Positions 59,078 to 64,000 of a DNA stretch of 64,000 nucleotides are shown here, one piece after another. Numbering within the stretch: position 1 is the first letter of the stretch; each line of letters opens with the position of its first letter. Source of the stretch: Robiginitalea aestuariiviva (GTDB taxonomy: Bacteria; Bacteroidota; Bacteroidia; Flavobacteriales; Flavobacteriaceae); contig NZ_JARPUQ010000001.1 of NCBI RefSeq assembly GCF_029537735.1, forward strand, positions 776,696 to 840,695, written 5' to 3'. Under the pieces are notes generated by a model. That model made no database searches and was not told where the DNA came from. It was given only the letters and a program-made list of their open reading frames with translations. The position numbers and the translations under genes are program-made.

Positions 59078-60370
59078 CTAGGCATTCATCAAGGCCTCGA
59101 TTTCCTCGGCCAGGATGGGGATGCCCGCCATCAGGTTTACCGGGGCCCCGGTTTCCTGGATCACCACATCGTCTTCCAGGCGAATGCCGAATCCCTCTGC
59201 AGGAATGTAGATGCCGGGTTCCACGGTAAAGACCATATTGGGTTTCATAGGGGTTTTAAGCGCCCCGTAGTCGTGGGTGTCCAGCCCCAGGTGGTGGCTG
59301 GTGCCGTGCATAAAGTACTTTTTATAAGCCGGCCAATCCGGGTTTTCCTGCTGTACGTCTGCCTTGTCCAGCAGGCCCAGGCCCAGGAGTTCGGAAGTCA
59401 TGATCTTCCCCACCTCCTTGTGGTACTCCGCCCAGAGGGTGCCGGGCACCAGCATTTGGGTGGCGGCGTCCTTCACGCGCAATACGGCGTCGTACACCTC
59501 CCGCTGCCGCTTGGTGAACTGCCCGCTTACGGGGATGGTGCGCGTCATATCGCTGGAGAAATTGGCGTATTCGGCCCCCACATCCATGAGGATCAGATGG
59601 CCCGCCTGGCATTGCTGGTTGTTTTCGACATAATGCAGCACATTAGCATTGTTCCCAGAGGCGATAATCGGGGTATAGGCAAAGCCGCGGGAGCGGTTGC
59701 GCACAAATTCATGCAGGAATTCCGCTTCGATCTCGTATTCCCAGACCCCGGGTTTCACAAAGCCCAGGACCCGGCGGAACCCTTTCTCGGTTATGCTGCA
59801 TGCGGTGCGAATCTGCTCGATTTCCTCGGCCTCCTTCACCCCGCGTATCTCCTGCAGGATGGGGTTGCTCTTGGCCACGCGGTGGGCGGGAAACTTCTCC
59901 TTGCAGGTTTTAATAAAACGGGCCTCCCGGGTTTCGGTCTCCACGGCCTGCCGGTAGTGTTCATTGGTGTTGAAGTAGATGGTTTCCGCTTCGGTCATCA
60001 GGTCAAAGAACACCTTGTCGAAATCCGTGAGCCAGTACACGGTGCGAATCCCTGAAACGGCATAGGCCTGCTCCTTGGTGAGTTTAGCGCCCTCCCAGAT
60101 GGCGATGTGTTCATTGGTTTCCCGCACAAAAAGGACTTCTTTGTGTTTGGGGTCCAGGGCATCCGGGAAGAGCAACAGGATGGATTCTTCCTGGTCCACC
60201 CCGCTCAGGTACAGGATATCCGAATGCTGGCGGAAGGGCATGGTGCTGTCCGCACTAATGGGATAAATGTCATTGGAATTGAACACCGCCAGGCTTTTTG
60301 GCGCCATATGTGCCGTGAATTTGCGCCGGTTGCGCACGTACAGGTCCGATGGGATCGGGTCGTATTTCAT
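59078..60370 (-). CDS. pepP: Xaa-Pro aminopeptidase (M24B)
   Basis: M24 metal-ligand motifs (LILMDVGAEYANFSSDMTRT, HGTSHHLGLDTHD, GIRLEDDVVI); 430 aa. Confidence 0.9.
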   Translation of the reverse strand: MKYDPIPSDLYVRNRRKFTAHMAPKSLAVFNSNDIYPISADSTMPFRQHSDILYLSGVDQEESILLLFPDALDPKHKEVLFVRETNEHIAIWEGAKLTKEQAYAVSGIRTVYWLTDFDKVFFDLMTEAETIYFNTNEHYRQAVETETREARFIKTCKEKFPAHRVAKSNPILQEIRGVKEAEEIEQIRTACSITEKGFRRVLGFVKPGVWEYEIEAEFLHEFVRNRSRGFAYTPIIASGNNANVLHYVENNQQCQAGHLILMDVGAEYANFSSDMTRTIPVSGQFTKRQREVYDAVLRVKDAATQMLVPGTLWAEYHKEVGKIMTSELLGLGLLDKADVQQENPDWPAYKKYFMHGTSHHLGLDTHDYGALKTPMKPNMVFTVEPGIYIPAEGFGIRLEDDVVIQETGAPVNLMAGIPILAEEIEALMNA

Positions 60371-60460
60371 GGGAATTTTCGCTTTGTTTCAAAGGTAGGG
60401 AATCGACATAAAAAAAGGGGACTCCAAGGAGCCCCCATCGGTATTTAGGTTGGTTAATTA

Positions 60461-60760
60461 CTAACGGGTAAAGGCGTTTTTCAGGGCGCCGATCACAGCC
60501 ATGACCACACCACCTCCTACGCCGCCGCCGGCAACGCTTCCCAGGATGGAGGAGAGGTCCATGCTCCCGGCCGCTTCGGCCATTTCTCCACCGCCAAGGC
60601 CCAGCATGCCCAGCAGCCAGCCGCCTACTCCCCCGCCAACGATACCGGCCAGGGAATTCCCGACGGTGCCCAGCGAGAGATTTTTCAATATCTTTCCGGC
60701 TACATTGCCGCCTACGGCACCGGAAACCAGCTGAATAATTAATGGGAGGTATTCTTCCAT
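60461..60760 (-). CDS. Gly-rich small membrane protein (GlsB/YeaQ/YmgE-like)
   Basis: 99 aa, GxxxG-rich hydrophobic helices (GIVGGGVGGWLLGMLGLGGG). Confidence 0.45.
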   Translation of the reverse strand: MEEYLPLIIQLVSGAVGGNVAGKILKNLSLGTVGNSLAGIVGGGVGGWLLGMLGLGGGEMAEAAGSMDLSSILGSVAGGGVGGGVVMAVIGALKNAFTR

Positions 60761-60872
60761 ATGTTCTAAAGGTTAGGTTTAAACAGGAAATAAATTAACA
60801 AAATATTAAGCAACCCCGCAATCGTTTGTGTAAAAATTTGAGGATTCCACAATCCAGCCAAAAACCCTTCCT

Positions 60873-63722
60873 ATGACACGTATCCGTATTTCCCTGCTGC
60901 TCTTATTATGCTCCCCCGCACTCTTTGCCCAATCCCGGGCCACTTCTGCCCAGGATGTCTGGGCGGCCCTGGACCAGATGGCCCGGATGCAGGAGGCCTC
61001 CCTGGTGAAGAACCTCCGCCTGGAAAATATCGGCCCCAGCATTATGAGCGGGCGGGTGGTCGAACTGGCCGTAAACCCGGCCCGCCCCGAGGAATTCTTT
61101 GTGGCCTATGCCTCTGGGGGGCTGTGGCATACCCGCAATAACGGGACGCACTTTGAGCCGGTTATGGACCAGACCCCTACCCAGAACCTGGGGGCCGTAG
61201 CCGTTCACTGGCCCTCGAAGACCGTCTGGGCCGGTACGGGCGAAAACAATGCCTCCCGTTCTTCCTATGCGGGCATCGGGCTGTATAAATCCACCGACCT
61301 GGGAAAAACCTGGACCCATATGGGCCTGCCGGATTCCCACCACATTGGCCGCATTGTAATCCACCCGGACAACCCGGACGTGGTGGTCGTGGCCGTAGCC
61401 GGGCACCTGTATTCCGAAAACGGGGAACGGGGGATCTACCGCACGGCGGATGGGGGCCAGACCTGGACCCGCACCCTGTTTGTGGATGAAGCCACCGGCG
61501 CCATAGACCTGGTGGCCGCACCCGGGCGCCCGGATATCCTGTACGCCTCCTTCTGGGAACGGGATCGCAAAGCGTGGAACTTTACCGGCAATGGCCCCGG
61601 TTCCGGCATTTATAAAAGTATAGACGGGGGCATAACCTGGAACCTGGTGAGCGAACCCGGTGCCGGTTTCCCTACCGGGGAAGGGGTAGGCCGCATTGGC
61701 CTGGCCGCCTTCGACGCCAATACGGTTTACGCCGTGGTGGACAACCAGGACCGCAGGCCCGAGGCAGCAGACCCATCCGAAGACACGGGCCTATCCAAGG
61801 AAGATTTCAAAGGCATGTCTGCCAAGGCCTTCCTGGCCCTGGATAACGGGGAGCTGGCAGAATACCTGCGCAACAATCGCTTTCCGCGGGAGTATTCGGC
61901 CCGGTCGGTGAAAGATATGGTCCGCAAGGGCACCGCCAAGCCGGCGGACCTGGCCACCTACCTGGAAGACGCCAACAGCCTGCTCTTCGATACCCCGGTG
62001 GTGGGGGCGGAAGTCTACCGTTCGGAAGACGGGGGCCGTTCCTGGCAGAAAACACATGAAGGTTATATAGACGACCTGTATTACAGCTATGGCTACTACT
62101 TCGGTCAGATTGAGGTAGCGGCCTACGACAAAAACCAGATCTACATTGCCGGGGTGCCCCAACTGCGCTCCACGGACGGCGGCAAGACCTTTGCTGCTAT
62201 CGATGGGGACAATGTGCATTCGGACCACCATGCCCTCTGGATTAACCCGGATAACCCCGGCCACCTGATTAACGGGAACGACGGGGGGGTGAATATCTCC
62301 TACGACTACGGCGCCCACTGGATCAAAAACAACGCCCCCCAGGTGGGGCAGTTCTACGCCATTGCCGTAGACAACCAGAAGCCCTACAACGTCTATGGCG
62401 GGCTGCAGGACAACGGGGTGTGGAAGGGCCCGCACAACGCCACGGAATCCACCTCCTGGCACGGCAATGGGGAGTATCCCTGGAAACGCCTGCTGGGCGG
62501 GGACGGCATGCAGGTACAGGTAGACCCCCGCAATGCCAGTACGGTATATACCGGCTTCCAGTTCGGGAATTACTTCCGCCTGGAGCTGGACCAGGACAAG
62601 CGCACCCCCATTCAGCCCAAGCATACCCTGGGCGAAGCGCCCTACCGGTTTAACTGGCAAACCCCCATCTTGCTCTCTTCCCACAATGCCGATATTCTTT
62701 ACCTGGGCGGGAATAAACTCCACCGCTCCATGGACCGGGGCGATACCTGGGCGGCCATTTCCGAAGACCTGACCACGGGCGGGAAAAAAGGAAACGTCGC
62801 CTTCGGCACCCTGACCACCATATCCGAATCCCCCTTCCAGTTTGGCCTGCTCTACACCGGCAGCGACGACGGCCTGGTGCACCTGAGCCGCGATGGAGGC
62901 GGCAGCTGGACACGGATTTCCGACAGCTTCCCGAAAGGCCTCTGGGTAAGCCGGGTGGCTGCCTCCGCCCACGAAAAGGGCCGGGTCTATGTGGCCCTGA
63001 ACGGCTACCGCTGGGATGATTTTACCCCGTATGTGTATGTAAGCGAAGATTACGGCAACACCTGGAAATCCCTGGCTAAAGGGATTCCGGCTTCGCCGGT
63101 GAATGTGGTCCTGGAAGACCCGAAGAACCCGGACCTGCTCTATGTGGGCACGGATAACGGCCTGTACGTGTCCCTGGACCGCGGCCAGCACTGGCAACTG
63201 ATGCAGAACGGCATGCCCCGGGTGGCCGTACACGACCTGGTGGTACAGCCCGAGGCCGGCCACCTCTTGGTGGGCACCCATGGGCGCAGCATTTATAAGG
63301 CAGACATCCGCCCCCTGCAAAACACCGGGGCTGCAGACCTGGAAAAACCCCTGCTGGTCTACGACCTGGAAAATCTGCGGCATTCCGGCCGCTGGGGCAG
63401 CTCCTGGTCTACCTGGGGCGAGGCCTTTACCCCCGGGGTGGACGTGCGCTTTTACAGCGCGAAAGGCGGCGTGGTTTCGGCCGAGGTCCGGAGCGCGGAC
63501 GGGGTGGTGGTGAGCGCCACAGAGATGGAGGCCGACCCCGGCTTTAATGTGCTCTCGTATGACGTGGCCTTCTCCAAGGAAGGGAAAAGCGCTTACCTGA
63601 AGAAAAACAAGGCCAAGCTGGAGGTGGCAGACAACGGCAAGACCTACCTGCCCAAAGGGGAATACACCGTGGTGCTGAGCCTGGGCGGGGCCACAGCCGA
63701 AGGCAGTTTTACGATCGAATAA
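60873..63722 (+). CDS. Secreted Asp-box/BNR-repeat (sortilin/Vps10-like) beta-propeller protein, paralogue of 55767..58898
   Basis: Signal peptide; repeated SxDxGxTW motifs (STDLGKTW, TADGGQTW, SIDGGITW, SEDGGRSW, STDGGKTF, SMDRGDTW, SRDGGGSW); 949 aa. Confidence 0.75.
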   Translation: MTRIRISLLLLLCSPALFAQSRATSAQDVWAALDQMARMQEASLVKNLRLENIGPSIMSGRVVELAVNPARPEEFFVAYASGGLWHTRNNGTHFEPVMDQTPTQNLGAVAVHWPSKTVWAGTGENNASRSSYAGIGLYKSTDLGKTWTHMGLPDSHHIGRIVIHPDNPDVVVVAVAGHLYSENGERGIYRTADGGQTWTRTLFVDEATGAIDLVAAPGRPDILYASFWERDRKAWNFTGNGPGSGIYKSIDGGITWNLVSEPGAGFPTGEGVGRIGLAAFDANTVYAVVDNQDRRPEAADPSEDTGLSKEDFKGMSAKAFLALDNGELAEYLRNNRFPREYSARSVKDMVRKGTAKPADLATYLEDANSLLFDTPVVGAEVYRSEDGGRSWQKTHEGYIDDLYYSYGYYFGQIEVAAYDKNQIYIAGVPQLRSTDGGKTFAAIDGDNVHSDHHALWINPDNPGHLINGNDGGVNISYDYGAHWIKNNAPQVGQFYAIAVDNQKPYNVYGGLQDNGVWKGPHNATESTSWHGNGEYPWKRLLGGDGMQVQVDPRNASTVYTGFQFGNYFRLELDQDKRTPIQPKHTLGEAPYRFNWQTPILLSSHNADILYLGGNKLHRSMDRGDTWAAISEDLTTGGKKGNVAFGTLTTISESPFQFGLLYTGSDDGLVHLSRDGGGSWTRISDSFPKGLWVSRVAASAHEKGRVYVALNGYRWDDFTPYVYVSEDYGNTWKSLAKGIPASPVNVVLEDPKNPDLLYVGTDNGLYVSLDRGQHWQLMQNGMPRVAVHDLVVQPEAGHLLVGTHGRSIYKADIRPLQNTGAADLEKPLLVYDLENLRHSGRWGSSWSTWGEAFTPGVDVRFYSAKGGVVSAEVRSADGVVVSATEMEADPGFNVLSYDVAFSKEGKSAYLKKNKAKLEVADNGKTYLPKGEYTVVLSLGGATAEGSFTIE

Positions 63723-63925
63723 GGCCGATGGGCCGGCGCCCGAAAGCCCTCGTATGGTGATGAACTGCATCCCCCCGCAAATCCCCGGAAAAATGCCGAT
63801 TTGCAGCCCGAAGGCGAGGCAGGCACTTTAAATCCGTTCTAAATGCTGCAGCATCAGGGGCAAAGTTTGTTAAAACGCCTTCCGGGCTGTATTTTTGTAA
63901 GGCTAAAAAATTAAACCAAATCCAT

Positions 63926-64000
63926 ATGAGCGGATTCGCTACCTCATCCATTGCCCGAAAGGTCGTTATGGCGCTTTCCGGGCTTTTCCTGGTGCTTTTC
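63926..64000 (+). CDS. Start of a membrane protein, possibly succinate dehydrogenase/fumarate reductase cytochrome b subunit (3' end outside window)
   Basis: MSGFATSSIARKVVMALSGLFLVLF resembles the N-terminus of Bacteroidota SdhC/FrdC as I remember it; only 25 codons are visible. Confidence 0.3.
   Translation, partial: MSGFATSSIARKVVMALSGLFLVLF

Noticed and set aside
61791-63770. 659-aa minus-strand ORF antisense to the second BNR-repeat gene
   Set aside because: No repeats or signal peptide, Gly/Pro/Ala-rich. Plus strand carries repeated SxDxGxTW motifs and a signal peptide.

Overview
This is a high-GC (about 58-62%) chromosomal segment that looks like a Bacteroidota (Flavobacteriia-type) genome; that taxonomic call rests on gene content and operon architecture. 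Housekeeping content runs as follows. A SUF Fe-S assembly operon (sufB, MBL-fold lipoprotein, sufC, sufD, OM beta-barrel, sufS, sufE, sufT, DUF2480-like, OM protein). hflX, an EEP-family nuclease/phosphatase, a PolB-like 3'-5' exonuclease, ogt, a CNNM/CorC transporter and a class-C-like serine hydrolase. A tightly overlapping minus-strand heme operon (hemA-hemC-hemD-hemE-hemF-phzF-hemB) with a divergent AraC regulator, followed by a DUF1460-like protein, MscS, hemH, ggt, a MATE transporter, a flotillin-NfeD pair, a GT1 glycosyltransferase and several secreted hypotheticals. After the island comes a lipoprotein-rich cluster (Gfo/Idh/MocA oxidoreductase, DUF1080, DmpA-like peptidase, GH30, beta-lactamase-like hydrolase), two paralogous Asp-box/BNR (sortilin-like) proteins flanking pepP, and a partial sdhC-like start. 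Two features stand out. (1) About 37.17-48.06 kb there is a sharply AT-rich (visibly about 30-35% GC) 10.9-kb island with no tRNA, integrase or methyltransferase. It carries a plus-strand operon of six tightly coupled genes: a DUF4007-like protein, a 1069-aa Walker A/B NTPase, a PP-loop (SGGKDS) PAPS-reductase/DndC-like protein with a C-terminal cysteine cluster, a DUF262 (DGQQR, ParB/DndB/GmrSD-N-like) protein, a Hanks-type Ser/Thr kinase (HRDLKPDN, DLG, SPE) and a 4-TM protein. Convergent to it is a small ORF plus an 829-aa GHKL (Bergerat-fold) ATPase. I read this as a candidate, possibly undescribed, DNA-modification or anti-phage defence island. (2) A family of about 610-675 bp non-coding MITE-like elements with about 24-75 bp terminal inverted repeats is present in three intergenic copies (27.7, 33.6 and 50.3 kb), with variable tandem sub-repeats at the left end and copy-specific indels. 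Many long antisense ORFs in the six-frame track are GC-driven artefacts and were rejected.
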